Source: the human T2T-CHM13v2.0 reference genome, Homo sapiens. From it: 64,000 nt of DNA. Numbering within the stretch: the stretch's first letter is position 1; each line of letters starts with the position of its first letter. The stretch lies in assembly GCF_009914755.1 (NCBI RefSeq), contig NC_060933.1. The stretch is one strand, 5' to 3'. Below are positions 11,453 through 26,530 of the stretch, piece by piece. The notes below the pieces were generated by a model. It was given only the letters and a program-made list of their open reading frames with translations. It searched no databases and was not told where the DNA came from. Position numbers and translations under genes: made by a program.

Positions 11453-11759
11453 TTCCTGTTATCATTCCTGTTATCAGAATCCAGAGATCCTGCCAGAAGG
11501 ATTAAGTCTGCATTTCTAGAAACTCTCAAGAGAGAACAGACAACCATCTAGCTAGATGATTTCTCATTTTTCTACATGAAAAACAGGTACACAAAGCAGG
11601 TAACCCTGAGATAAAATTGAGACAAATAATTAATGATTCTACCCACTCTATTCTCTCAAACATGCCAATAACAAGTTAAAAAAAAAGTTTGAAATGAAAT
11701 TGAGTCAGACATGTAATTGCAAACCATGTATCCTCCTCAAAGACTGAAAAGAGGTCTAC

Positions 11760-11950
11760 CTTTAGAGCCAGAAAGATGCAGGTCTGAGTCCAGACTCTGC
11801 CCCTTGACCAGTTACCCTTGTGGGCTAAATGCTTTCTCTTTGTGCTTTAATTTCTTTCTTTGTTGTTAGGGTGCTAATACCAATATCACAGTGGGTTTTG
11901 GGGATAAGTGAGATAATATAAGTAAAGATAGGTAAATGTCAAGTGTTAAA
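11760..11950 (+). mobile_element. MIR
   Basis: tttagagccagaaagatgcaggtctgagtcccagactctgcc...gagataatataagtaaag. Confidence 0.6.
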
Positions 11951-13689
11951 TTTATTAATCTGGATTTCTCCTATGATCAGATTTCAGGTGGTGTGATGAT
12001 CAATAGGAGTCCCAACCATAATGTGCTCTTTCTTTGACTTCTTCCCCACAAGACCTAAGCACATGACCCTCAAAAAGTGTAAAATCTTGAGGCACCTCAG
12101 AGGGAAGCACCATTTCCCCACTCGTGGTTTGGATGAGGAAGAATTTTCCCTATGCATCCTACTATCCTCTCTATGTCCTTTTACTAACATCGCCCCAGGG
12201 CAAGTGGAGGGATGGATTCACTTAATTGGCAAACCGCACATGCTCAGCTGGCTCAGCCTGACCTTTTTTCCTCCTGCGAAGTGCCTGCTTTCAAGTGTGC
12301 TACCTGCTGCTTCCCCAACTTTCTGCCTTTATGAATGGAATTGGTCTGCTCTCACCAGTGCTACATGGGAAAGGGTGGGCAAATCCAGAGTTTAGAGTTA
12401 ACAGGCCCATTGGTTAACAGTCTGGCTTCCATAAGAAACAAAGTTGATTTTTGTTTTTGTTGTTGTATTGTTACTATCAACTTCTTTGAAGCCACATAGG
12501 GAAGAGTGGTGTGACTTGTTTATTAGGGCTCTATTGGAGAACTAACATTGTTAAGTTGTGCAGAGTGGCTTGGCTATGCAAAGTTAGCTGTTTTTGTTAG
12601 CAGAGACTCTTCGTGACATTAGTTCAACAAGAACTCTGTTTAAGACATAACTTACTCATCTGCAGAAAGTCTGTCTACACACCAGAAATGCATAGCCTTC
12701 TCAAGAGATTTCTCAGCTAAGAAAGAAAACCTAGTCATAGGGTGCATTTGTACCAGTTACTGCTCAGTGGCAGACACACAGAGACAGACTGCTCAGAACA
12801 GAGTCCCCCATCATCTATGAAGTGCTTCTGAATCCTCCACAATTGACAGTGAGCTTTAGGCCTGACAGTCCCATGCCCCTGTATGTGGCTACTGTCTGGG
12901 AACATGATTATCAGAAGCTTTCTCCAGGGAACTGAAAAACTTTCTATCCACTCAGATAAGGCCTCTCCCTTGCCCAGCCTCGATTTCCTCAAACTTCTCT
13001 CTGGCTTAACTTCAAATCCTGGTAAAGCAGAGGGAACAAGGTACCAAAAGAAGGAGCAAGAAGGACGGGATGGCTGGTCATCGTGTGCACCTTGCATGCA
13101 CATCTCTGATGCGAATGCCCCAGGACCACATACTGTGCTGTATTTCTTTGCTCACATGTCTGGCCCCTCCATCAGTTTATGAGGGTTGGGAGCACACCCT
13201 AGACTTCACTGCATCCCTGGTACCTAATACAGGACCCAGCAGAAACAGGAACTCAGTAACTTTTTGTGGTTAAACTGTGTATCTAAATGATTGTTAATCA
13301 AATACCGCACAGATAAACAGTTCTTTCTCCAGTTGAGAGGACTAGGCCCCCATAATCATAATGAGACAATGGACAAAAGGAATCTTTTCAGAAAACAGAA
13401 CTACTTCATGCAAAGATCAACAGTGGCTACTGGACATGATGTTTCCCAGGCCAATCTAAACAGCTCCCATGTTTTCATTTTCTAGCATTCAGTGAAAAGT
13501 CAGCTCCTTTGGAAGCATGCCCACTGGCTTAAAACAATGTTTAAAAAGTCATGGTAGAACTTTGTAAAGATCTTTGCAATACCACGCAAAGACCTTTACC
13601 TTTGTGCTTTGTTTAAAAAATAAGTTTTAAAAATATACCTCAGAGGAAAAAATAATGGGGAAGAGAGCAAGCTAATCAACTTGGGAATT

Positions 13690-13820
13690 TTTCTTTTTTT
13701 GTAGAGATGGGGGTCTTGCCATGTTGCCCAGGCTGGTCTTGAAATCCTGGGCTCAAGCAGTCCTCCTGCCTCAGCCTCCCTAGATGCTGGGATTACAGGG
13801 ATGAGTCACAGTGCCTGGCT
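13690..13820 (-). mobile_element. FLAM_C / Alu left monomer
   Basis: Single ~130-bp monomer flanked by TSD tgggaattttt. Confidence 0.85.
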
Positions 13821-14356
13821 GGGAATTTTTTTTCTAATACGAGAAAAAAAATGTATCATCTCACCTCCTTTAGTGAAAACTCAACTTCTGTGACTTTGGT
13901 GTCCATGCCCAAGCTTCTGTCTCTGTTGCATCCACTCTTGTTGCCTTTGTACCCTTCAGTGACAGCATCCTGGCCCCTAACCTGTCTCCCTCAATCATCC
14001 CACACAACACCACGACATTAATTTTCCTCGAACTTTGATCCTGCTACCCATTCCGTGTGCATCTGCTAGGGAGGCCTGATAGCAAGGTCATGGCTGACAG
14101 GATTGTACAGCAGGAAGAACTTCTGAAAATCAGTTAATTCAATAGAGCCTCTTAATTTATTAAAAACAAAAACAAACAGCTAGTGCCCAGAAAACTGAAG
14201 TGAATATTTAAAGGTTCACAGTTAGGACAGACCTGGGGCTGAAAACAAAGCCTCAACCTCAGTGCCTGTGTTCTTTCCACTAGGCAATGGATCTGTTTAA
14301 TACTTCAGCAAGTCTGACACTTAATGGCCCTTCAAAACTTCCCCCCTCCCTTTTCG

Positions 14357-14697
14357 TGCCAGGCGTGGTAGCTGACACCTAGAATTTCAGCACTTTGGGA
14401 AGCCAAGGCAGGAGGATCGCTTGAAGCCAGGAATTAGAGACCAGCCTGGGCAACAAAGCAACACCTTCCCCCTCCCCCAGCCATCTCTGCAAAACAAAAC
14501 AAAACAAAATTAGCCTGGCACGGTGGCACACACCTATGGTCCCAGCTATCTGGGAGGCTGAGGCAGGAGGAGGATCACATGAGCCTAGGAGTTCGAGGCC
14601 ACAATGAACTATAATCATGTCACTGCATTCCAGCATGGGCACAGAGTGAGACCCTGTCTCTTAAAAGAAAAAAAAAAAAAAAAAAAAGAAAAGAAAA
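14357..14697 (+). mobile_element. AluJ
   Basis: Dimer with a C-rich insert before the linker and a long A tail. Confidence 0.9.
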
Positions 14698-16029
14698 CTA
14701 CCCCAACTTAACTGTCTTTTTAGATCTATGGAGAGATGTAGATATAGATATTATTCATATTCCTGGTGATTTTTAAGCCTTTTAAAGCAACATAGCTCCT
14801 TTGTTCCTCCAAATGAAGTTTTATGCAGGCCCTCAATTTTATAAAAATAAATAAAAATTATTTATCTCTTCTGCAGCTGAAGCAGGGTGTCTACTCCTCT
14901 CAACAGCCACTGAAACACCTCTGAGAACTTTCAGGTTTCGCTTGATCAATCGGACAACTCCCCAGACCCCTAATGCTGACTGCACTTGTCAGTGGCTAAA
15001 TCCCTGCCCCTGCCCTTTCTTTTGCCTTCCGCCTGCCATAATCCTCCAGCCTCCAGGCGACTTCTCCCTACAGTGCTGTTAGGAAGTGACTCTTGTCTCT
15101 CCTTTGCTCCAAAGCTCTGAATCTGTAGCCCTTCCTTTGTATCTAAACAGTCCGATTTGTTGGTTATTCTCACAGCTCACCCCCAACTTCTGGCCCATCT
15201 ATAATCAGGGCCCACCCACCCATCTGTTAGCCCTGTGGGCCCATCAAAGCAGGCTTCAAACACAAGCTGCCACCTCTGGTGGAGGTTCGGCCTACCCCTT
15301 CCCCTTCTCTCCTGACCCTTCCCTAATCTGGCTTTGTTTCTGCCATCCCTGCCGCACTCATTTGGAACCCTTGCTTTTCTCAGCAAATATTTATGGGTTT
15401 GACTTGTTCTTCTTGAGTTCTATACTCTTCCCCCAGCACTGCCTCCCCCTGGCCTTTTATCTTTTGTTTGTTTGTTTTTTTCTCTTTCACTTTTCCCCTT
15501 TTGAGCTCTGGCGGCTCTGGTAGAAGGTGGTGGCTGCTGAAGGAAAAAATACAACCCCTTCTCACCCTGAACCATCTGTCCACGGACTAACTAGTAAGTT
15601 CCCTCTGGGTTTCCTGGGGACACTCGGAAATGGCAGAAAGACCAAGATCACTTGCACCTGGGGTGCAAGTTTAAAATGCAGACTCTAGCATCCCACCCCT
15701 CACCAGTGGATGTGTGGACTCTGCTGCTCTCCAGGATTTAAGAGCTCCCTGAGCCAGGGAGTCTGACATGCCTGGCCTGGCATATCCAGTGGTCCATGGG
15801 CCAAAAGTCATTTCCTGAGGCGAATAGGCAGGAGACAAAAGTGGTCATCTGAAGAGTTGTATTTCCAGCAGTAAGAATGGCAGAAAAAGTCCTTGGGGGA
15901 AAGGAGAATTAACCTGAATCATTATTGGGAATATACAACATGGCCCTTCCCCTACTGGTCTACACCACCTGTGGAGAGGCTAGTTCAATGAACCACCCCT
16001 GCGCTTTGTGGCTCTTGGTCACTGTGTTG

Positions 16030-16290
16030 TATAGACTGGTCGTTAAGTAAATGGATCTGAGATCAGACTGCCCGATTTTGACTCCCAAATCTACCATTTC
16101 TAGAGTGTGGGCTCTGGAGCTTACTATATCACATTGCTCAACGTTAGCTTCCTCTTCTTCCATTTCTGTAAAATGGAGATAAAATATCCATCTCAAAGGG
16201 CTGCCATGAGAGTTAAATGACATTATCCAAATAAAGCATTTGATATAGCAGCAAGCGCAAGGTAAGTTTGTAATATGCATTAGCTTTAAT
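16030..16290 (+). mobile_element. MIR
   Basis: catttctgtaaaatggagataaaatatccatctcaaagggctgccatgagagttaaatga. Confidence 0.7.
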
Positions 16291-18389
16291 TCTTATCACT
16301 AACATCATGCTTTCTTGAACTTACTCATATACATATGTCTCCCTCCTTCTGGATAGGGAACTCCTGAAAAGCAGATCCCACAGGCTGCTACGTTCCCTCT
16401 CTCCTAAAACACTCTTAGTGGGTTATACCTTGCAGGATTGTGGTGATCAACTAAGACAGTAGGTGAAGAGAGGTTAGCAGCGGGTCTGGCACACTGTAGG
16501 CCAGAAAGAATCATCCCGAGTCCAAGGGTGCTTTTTAAATACCAAATATCTTAATCCTGATGTTTTTATGTAACCACAATGTGTAGACTTGCCAAAAATG
16601 TTAAAAATAGAAGAAACCAAAAATCAAAGAGAAAAATCTTCTCATAGTTTCTAATCCAACTTGCATGGAAATAGTTATCTTGCAAAAGAGTGAAGGGTGT
16701 AAATTTTTTCATTCATTTAGGGGAGTTGTTTTGGTTTTTCTTGTTTTATTCTTTGGGTAGTTTATTTGTTTTTCCCACACTATTTTTTTTTTAATGACAA
16801 GTAAGGGTGACACCACTTTTCTTAAAAACAATAAAAGCTACAGAAAAAAAAAAGGCTTTAAAAGTCTCCAAAGGCCTCAGGAACTTTTGCCCAGAGAAGT
16901 GTACTCCTCAAGCAAAGCCATGGAAAACAACATCTGCCACAGGCGCAGGGCTGAGCCAAACCCCTGCGGCGAGGGCTCGCTTTATTTTTGGTCCAAGCTG
17001 ACAGTACAGGAAGCCACATCCACTGACTTCTTTTTCATTTAAGATTCTACATTCATCAATACGTCTTGTTAGGTAAGCCTCCAGTGGATTTCCTCTATTT
17101 GGTCTAAGAAATCTGAAGAGGAAAAACAGAAACACACAGTCACCATTCCTAGGAAAATAGTATCAGCCCAGCAAGAGACCAAAACAGGTATCTGGTAAAA
17201 GCTCCCACTCTATTCTCTTTAAACTGCACTTTATTCTAAAAAAAAAAAAAAAAAAAAAAAAGAGCTCCCTGAGTTTAAACAGTGTTTGATTTTATATAAG
17301 CACCAGATGATTCTAATTCCTTTTGGAAAAAGGTGGTGGAGGATTCCATAAAAACTCTGATAATCATTTCTTCTACCAACTTTAGTCAACAAAAAAATTG
17401 AAAGGCTTAACGTAGGTGAAAACTGAAAAATACAGAGTTCCGCAAACACAAGTTAAGACTGTCATTTTTAAAAAGAAGCATCTAAAAGTCACTTTGGTGC
17501 ATCTCAAATGCACGTCTTTACATAACTGATCAAGATACAAACCATTTGCAAACATTTATGTTTTAAATCACAGATAGCTATTCCGACTCAGAGATTTTAA
17601 GTGATTACACAATGAACTGGTCCTCATTTGCTCTCCCTTAATTTTCCCTAACCTTGCATGGCTTCTAGAAAAAGACAAAAACTGACAGACAAGGGTAGTA
17701 TGGCCAAGGAGCCCTGATTTATTTCAGCTTTGAAAGGCCACTACACTTGGATTCTCATTTCTGCAAGGAATGCAATCCAGAGAGCTGAGCTCGCTGTCCT
17801 GAATAAAGTACACGTTTTTCTCATCTAGCGGAGTAATCTTGTGAAATGTGAGTACAATCTGCCCAGTGTCTGAGGGAGGCAAAGGGGGAGGGTGGGGTCG
17901 TGCTGGGACACAGAGGAGTCACTCCCTGTTTGGAGAGCCAGGCTCCTAGAGCACCAGGCTCACAGGAGGGCACAGGCAGGAGGCAGGATCCTGGCCTTCA
18001 CGGTGCCCAGGAAAGAGAAGCTGTCCAAGCTGGACAAGCAGAGAGGGACCTGTTGCCCTGAGAGCTAGTCGCTAAACTAATCCACATCAAGGAGGGCCAT
18101 GGGCCTCTGGGGCAACACAGGGACCTGACAATAGAAAGCAAGGGGCAGTGTGGGAAGGAATCTAGCACCTTCTCCAACCAAGAGGTCAGCCCCAAACAGG
18201 GGATGTTGGTGATGGACCCCATCAAGACATTCCCTCAGCTTCATCAGAGGTCATGCACTCTCCCCAGTTCCACACACACCCCACCTTGCTCACAAGCAGA
18301 AGGGGAAAGAAGGCACCTTGGCATTCATTTGGGAAGCTGCCAAGACAGTCTAATCTTTCAAATGGGGCATCTAACCTGATAGCAGCCAC

Positions 18390-18680
18390 AGTGCAATAGA
18401 CTACATGTGTTCAAATTCTAACCTCCAATGTGATGGCATTAAAAGGTGGGACCTTTGGAAGATAGTTTGGTTATGAGGGCTCTACCCTAATGAATGAGAT
18501 TAGCCATTATAAAAGGGACCCCAGAAAGCTTTCTACCCTCAAGAGGGCCCACACCAGAACCCAATCATGCTGGTACCCTGATATTGGATTTCCAGCTTCC
18601 AGAACTATGAGAAATAGATTTTCTGTTGTTTATAAGCCACCCAGTCTAAGGTATCTTGTTACAGGTAGCCTGTAAGACAC
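18390..18680 (+). mobile_element. MLT1A-like MaLR LTR (internally deleted)
   Basis: aacctccaatgtgatggcatt...cagcttccagaactatgagaaatagattttctgttgtttataagccacccagt. Confidence 0.7.
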
Positions 18681-19437
18681 ACAGATATTTACACGATCTC
18701 ATTTTTATTATAGTCTAGGTTTACAATGCATTTAATTTTATAAAGCCTTGTATGGGAAGGAGATAAAGTAATAGTGATAATAATTTATATTTCCTCCAAC
18801 CATATCTAGTAAACACAAATGGGTCCTTTTAAGTAAAGTTTCTTTCTGACTAATAAGGAAATAAATGTATACCTCATTACTGTATGACCTCCCAGAAGCT
18901 CATGAGTTCTGAGGATTTAGAAGAAATTATTCAAGTGGAACTTCCCTAGACATCATGGGCCCAAACTGACTCCTTATACCAGAGATTACTTTTTAATTCC
19001 TCTCATCAAGGCTGGCTGAATAAACCTTACCCATGTCAGCACACAAGTGAAGGCAATGACATTTTTTAATGGCATAATCCAGGTCATCATACCCTAGAAT
19101 AGTCACCACGATGCATGTGCCTGCTGATTAGAACCTTCGTATCATTCCTGGTGCAAGACACATAGCTACTTCCTGTTCTGGAAGTTTTGGAGGGGTGAGA
19201 AAAAGAAGGGCAAGAAGGGAAGAGACATTCATGACAAAATCTGGAAAGGCTCTTTGAGGAGCTATAGCCTCTCCTTCTCAGGCAGTAGCAAATAGTCTCA
19301 TCAAAACAAACTTTGAAATCTAGAATGAAGATTTTGAAAAGAAATCCACTGTTATATATGAAATGTTAAAACATGCGTACTTTTTCCCTCAGCAAACCCA
19401 CCTTTAACAATCTATCAAAACACAAATGTATTGGGTT

Positions 19438-19998
19438 ATGGTGCTAGGCAGATTTCTAAGGTGGCTCCTAGTGATCTCTGTCTCCTGGCATCCATGCTTT
19501 TGTATAATGCTCTGATTGAGTGAAGGCTGGACCCAGAGACTGACTTCTAGTGAACAGAATACAGCAAAAGGGATGGGGCACTCTTCTGAGATTAGCTTAT
19601 AAAACACTGTGACCTCTCTTGCTCACACACTCTTGCTCTCGCTTTGATGATGCCAGCTGCCATGTTGTGAGCTCTCCTCCTGAGAGGCCCACATAGCAAG
19701 GAACTGAAGGTGCCTTCCAGCTAAAAGCCAGCCAGTGAGGAGCAAAGGCCCTCAGGCCAACAGTTCACCAGGATCTGAATCCTGCCAATGACCACTGAGT
19801 AAGCTCCGAGGCGGCTCCTTCCCAGTCAAACCTTGATACAGCTGCAGCCTCAGCCTTGGGAGAGATCCTGAACCGGAGAACCCAGCTACGCTGTACTCTG
19901 CCTGCTGACCCAAAAAAACTGCGAGATAATAAACGTTGTTGTTTTTAAACCACTGCATTGGAGGGGATTCTGTTATGAAGCAATAGATAAATCATACA
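19438..19998 (+). mobile_element. MLT1E/F-like MaLR LTR
   Basis: ggcagatttctaaggtggctcc...aataaacgttgttg...agcaatagataaatcataca. Confidence 0.75.
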
Positions 19999-20737
19999 GC
20001 TGTTTAAGCCTCATTGTTTATAATCACATACAAAAGGAAACAACCAAAAGTCCATTCGTTGATAACTAGTATAATCAAGAATGGCATATCCACATAAGAA
20101 ATATTGGGCAGCCCTCAAAACACAGGGAGGTCAATATATCTGTATTGATATGAAAAGAAGTTCATGAAAATCAAAAAGCAAATTGCAAAACAACATGTGA
20201 CTTTTAAAACATGGCAGATATCGACATCCATTCCTGTAAACTCCAGATAAGCTCCTCACCCAGTGTTCTCATTTCAGAAAACAATTCTAGTAGTCTAGTT
20301 GCTCTGTCTAATCAATTTGAAAGTATATCATTTACTTCAAATTGCCAACACATCCCAAACTCCTCACACCCTCCACCACAACTACTCTTGTCCACACCAC
20401 CAGATTCTCTCTCTTTACAGCTGCCATTGACTGGGCTGGTTGCACTGCCTCCACTTCTGCTCCTCGGCAAACTATTATTTCCAGACAGGAGCCAGAGTGG
20501 TACTTTAAAGATATAAGTGAAATCAGGCCACTGCCCTCTTCAAGCCCTACAATGGCTTCCCATCACACTCAGAATAAAAACAAATGTTGCTATATTGGTT
20601 TACAAAGTCATGATCTACAGATCTGGCCCCTGGATACCTCTCCTTCCCCTACGATTCTCTCCCTTACTTATCTGCTCTATCCACAGTGGCCTCCCTGATG
20701 TTTCTACAACATGCCAAGTCTTCTATCACTTCAAGGC

Positions 20738-21209
20738 TGTATTAGTTTGCTAGGCCTGCCATAACAAAGTACTCAAAACTAGGTGGCTTAAAGAATAGAA
20801 ATGTATTGTCTCAGTTTTGGAGACAAGAAATCTGAAATCAAGGTGTTGGCTGGGCAATGCTTTCTCTGAAGGCACTAGGGAGAAATCTGTTTCATGTTTC
20901 CGTCTTTGTTTCTGGTGGGGTTTTTTGGTATCTTCAGTGTTCCTTGGCTTGTAGACTCAGCACCTCAATCTCTACCTTCATCTTCACAAGTTATCCTTCC
21001 TGTGTGTATGTCTATCTCCAAATTTTCCCTTTTTATGAGGATAGCAGTCATTTTAGATTAGAGGCCCACCCGACTCCAGTATGACCTCATGTTAACTGAT
21101 TATTTTCTGCAATAACCCTGTTTTCAAATAAGGTCATGTTAAAAGGTATTGCAGGTTAGGAATTCTACATATGAATTTGGGATGGGGAACATAATTCAAC
21201 CCCAAAACA
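20738..21209 (-). mobile_element. MLT1C-like LTR
   Basis: tgtattagtttgctaggcctgccataacaaagt...ggggaacataattcaaccc. Confidence 0.8.
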
Positions 21210-21258
21210 ACTGCCTTTGCAATCACTGTCCCCTCTTCCTGAAAAGCTCTTTACCCAG

Positions 21259-21850
21259 TGTGGCTGCCATGAGACTATGCCTTGTAGACATCCAACTTAC
21301 AAGGAGTATTACTGGCTAGGAGTTACAGCTGCTGTGCTCTGAAATCCATCTCTGCATTTGTGCTGAAGCCACATTTCTCACAGGCTACTCCTAGATAGTG
21401 ACTGAGCATGGCAGGCATAGTGATGCAAACCTATTCCTGGGAGATGAAAACTTACCTAAGAGGTGGCTTGGACTCAAAGACTCCTCCAAGAGATCCAGGC
21501 TCTCTTGAAACAGCACAGCCCTGTAGGATGCTTCCGCTCACCCTCCTCCCTCCCGTCTTCTTCACCTGGGGTCAGACCTGCATCACAATCAGAGGAGTCT
21601 CCCGAGCTCCCAGCAGCTCACTCCTACTTTCCCTCATAGTCAGACAGGGCATTCAAAAGGGCTCTGTGCTTGGTTGAATACTCCTCTGCAGCCATCTTGG
21701 AATTCTTAATGTTATTTTGAACAAGGAGCCCCACATTTTCATTGTTTCCTTGACCTCACTCTTGCTCACAGGAGTTGCCTTAATAAATCTCTTGCATAGC
21801 CAATCCTGCCTTGGCGTAATGCTTCTTGGAGAAAACGGACTCACACCCCA
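21259..21850 (+). mobile_element. LTR16-family ERVL LTR
   Basis: 3' end aataaatctcttgca...atcctgccttggcgtaatgcttcttggagaaaacggactcacac. Confidence 0.65.
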
Positions 21851-23365
21851 GATACCAGCATGATTCTTCATTACTGCATGTAAGCCTGTGCTCAAAGGTC
21901 ACTCCTCAGAGAGGTTTCCTTTGCCACCCTAATAAAGCACATGACCCAAACCAGTCCCTCTCTCTCCCATTCTCCTGCTTTAATTTTCTTCATCGCTCCA
22001 GCTGATTTTACTATATGTTTTACTTATTGTTTGTTTTGTCTTTCCCATGAGAATGTAAACTATACAGGAGCAAAGACACAGTGTTATTTATTGTTGTGCC
22101 CCAGCACCTATGACAAAGTCAGGAACATGATAGGTGGCCAATAAATGGTTTGTGAGTGAATTAATTTACATTAAAAATGTCAGTCTGAATTTACCCAGAT
22201 CCTCTTTCAGTTCCAAAATATAAGCCATGGCAGCCATCACAAGAATGTACCTCATATACCTGTAAGACATAACTGTTCTTCTTAATGCAGGCCAGAAATG
22301 AAGCCAGAATCCAAAGCTAAACCAATAAGAATGAGAGCAAATACTGCTATCACCCAGAGGGGTGTTGAATCTGGATACAGCTGCTTAGGGGTTTAGGGCT
22401 GGGATGCCCATTTGAGAACAGGTGACATGGCTCAAGGCTCATGCAAGGTAAGATGCTGGAACTGACATAACTGCATCAAGTCAGAATTCTTCAAAATATC
22501 CATTTACATAAAAACAGGACTAGAAGAACTACCACTGCTCCAAGTAGCTCAGGGAAGGGGGAAGTAAGTCTGAATTGTGCTCCAGTATCAGGGTGAAAAA
22601 AAATGCATCCGATTAAAAAAACTAAATAGAACACCAAGCCTATGTCATGCACAAGTGTGTTGCACAAATTTACATTGTTTAGGCTGTGTAAGTATCTTGA
22701 ACTAATAGATCACTATAAAAATGTTCCCAGAACCAGGGAAGAAGCAAACTCAAATTGTTCTGTAGAAATATTTTCATAACTCAGGACCTACAAGACTCCC
22801 TCAGAATAAACAATTCCTGCTGAATAAACCCACAAAGAATGAAGCCAGTCAGAAGGAGAAGCCACGTACACAATGAGCAGAAGAATTAGCACCTCTAAGA
22901 ACTTACAGTAAGAGAATAATCTGACAGGATCTATAAGCTAATTACGTTTAAAAGTTTTTTTTAACATAAAAGAAGGAATAAAAACCATAATAAAAGAACC
23001 ATCCTTTATGAACAAAGGGCAACTTTGAAAAAAAGAACTAATTTGAATTCTTAAAGATGAGAAAAACATGTTAAATTGCATATTAGATACAGCTGAAAAG
23101 AGAATTAGCATCATGAAAGATGGGTCTAAAGAAGTGTTCTGAATGGAGCAGAGAAAGAAAAAAGGGATCAAAAAATGTGAAAGAGAGGTTATAAACACAG
23201 AGAGTAAATTGGGGAAATAAAACACATTTAATTGAAGTTCTGGAGAAGGAGTAGGTTATGTGAGAGCGGCAATACTGAAATGATAAAAGCTGAGAATTTA
23301 ATAGCATTAAAGCAATACATATGTTCTTGATTTAGAAAATTACAAGTCCCAAGCAGGATTAAAAA

Positions 23366-23366
<1 letters not shown>

Positions 23367-23407
<41 letters not shown>
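23367..23407. repeat. (CA)20 microsatellite
   Basis: Pure AC run. Confidence 0.97.
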
Positions 23408-23408
<1 letters not shown>

Positions 23409-23626
23409 CGGTAAATGGCAGAACACTAGCACCAAAGAGAAAGTCATACAAGCAACCAGAGAGAAAAAGATAAATTACAAACTTAATAATGGCAATTAGA
23501 TTGGTGGTGGACTTTTCATCAATAATACAGAGGCCAGATGATAATGAAATGACATTCAAAGTGGTAATAAAAAAACCTGTCAAACTAATATTCTATACCT
23601 AATTAAGTTGCTGCTCAAAAATGGGG

Positions 23627-24010
23627 GTATTTTAACCTGTTTTACGCTGCTATAACAGAATAACACAGACTAATTTACACAGAACAGAAATTTATTTCCT
23701 CACAGGTCTGGAGGCTGGGAAGTCCAAGAGCAAGGCACCAGCAACTACTGTCACATCATGGCAGAAGGCATCATATGGGCAAGAGAGAGAGAGGGAAGGA
23801 GGCTAAACTCATCCTTTATAAGAAACCCCTTCCTTTAATAACAAACCCACTCCTACTACAATGAACTTACTCCCATGATAATGGCATTAATCCATTCATG
23901 AGGGCAGAACCTTCAGGACCTAATCACCTCTTAAACTTCCCACCTCTCAACACTGATGCATTGAGGATTAAGTTTCTAGCACATGAATTTTAGGAGACAT
24001 ATTCAAACAG
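23627..24010 (-). mobile_element. MSTC-like MaLR LTR
   Basis: gctgctataacagaataacacagact...gcattaatccattcatgagggcaga...acatattcaaac. Confidence 0.75.
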
Positions 24011-24360
24011 AGGGTGAAATAAAAACATATTCATACCAAAAAAGAGAGACTATCCAATTCATAGACCCTTGCTGAAAGAAATATTAAAGAATAATAACTT
24101 CGATATGAAGGAAACTAAGAAAAAGATAAATAAGCAATGATAAGCAAAGAAGACAAACATGTTAGTATATTTATAAACACCCCTACTCAAAAAAAATTTT
24201 TAAGATTAATAGGGAAAGGCATTATAAACAACTTGAAACTAAAACATCAGATAGCAATAATATGAAAGAGTGATTAACTTAAAGTACTCTATGGCCCTTG
24301 CATTACGTGATAGGGGAATAGAAATTTTGAATAACTTAAAACTTTTTAAAAGCTAAGCTC

Positions 24361-24629
24361 GTGCTTTGGGAGGCCAAGGCAGGAGGTTTGCTTCAGGCCA
24401 GGAGTTTAAGGCCAGCCTGGGCAACATAGTGAGACCTAGTCTCTACAAAAAGTTTTAAAAATTAGCTGGATGTGGTGGTACGTATCTATAGTCCTAGCTA
24501 CTTGAGAAGCTGAGGCAGGAGAATTGCTTTAGCCCAGGAATTCAAGGTAACAGTGAGCTATGACTGCACTACTGCACTTCAGCCTGGGCAACAGAGCAAG
24601 ATACTGTCTCTTTAAAAAAAAAAAAAAAA
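24361..24629 (+). mobile_element. AluJ, 5'-truncated
   Basis: Alu body plus A tail; TSD-like aaa(a/g)gctaagc. Confidence 0.9.
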
Positions 24630-24710
24630 GGCTAAGCATTCATATTATTCATATAATATTTTCAGGGGAAATGAGGAAGGAAATGGGAGAGAAGAAATAG
24701 AATGCATAAC

Positions 24711-25284
<574 letters not shown>

Positions 25285-25894
25285 AGAATTGTATAACTTC
25301 TAAAGTAGTAGAAGAAAGGAAAGGGGGAAAAAGAATACTCAAATGAGACATATACAGACAAAATATGAAAAAAAGAAGGAATTTTAAGGATGTAAGAATA
25401 TAAGAAAGAATTAAGAGAACAGAAAATGATAAATATATAAGTAAATCAATACAAGCACTGACTCTATAAAAGAATAAAAGAAACGATGCCTTGTGGAGTT
25501 TGAAAAATTATATAGACTTAAAATACTCAAAAGACTAGTGTAAGAATTGCGGGGAGGGATAAATAAGAAGGGTGTTATTCAAAGGAAGGTAAAACTATTG
25601 ATCACTTTAGAATTTAGTAAGTTAAAGACGCATGCTATAATTACTAGGCTAATCTCTGAAAGAATAAAACAGTATGCCTTTCAGAGTGGTGCAGAAGAAA
25701 AAACAGAGTGAGACAATGAACTCGCTCATCCATAAAAAGACAAAAAAGGCGAGAAGAAACATAGAAACTGTGCAACAAACAGCACAAAAGACTCCAGCAG
25801 ATATGGACTAAAATATATCGGTACAGTTAATTATAACAAATGTAAATCAACTAAATGCTCCAGCTAAAAGATGATGGCAAACTGAAATGCTTAC

Positions 25895-26530
<636 letters not shown>

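Larger units (their letters stand above)
20230..22170 (+). mobile_element. L2 element interrupted by two LTRs
   Basis: L2 pieces ~20230-20737, ~21210-21258 and ~21855-22170; ends ccagcaccta...taggtggccaataaatggtttgtgagtgaa. Confidence 0.7.

Noticed and set aside
9208-11551. Cluster of overlapping ORFs
   Set aside because: All derive from THE1A LTR and internal sequence
15264-15286. CTCF-like gctgccacctctggtgg
   Set aside because: Only half of the consensus aligns in either register
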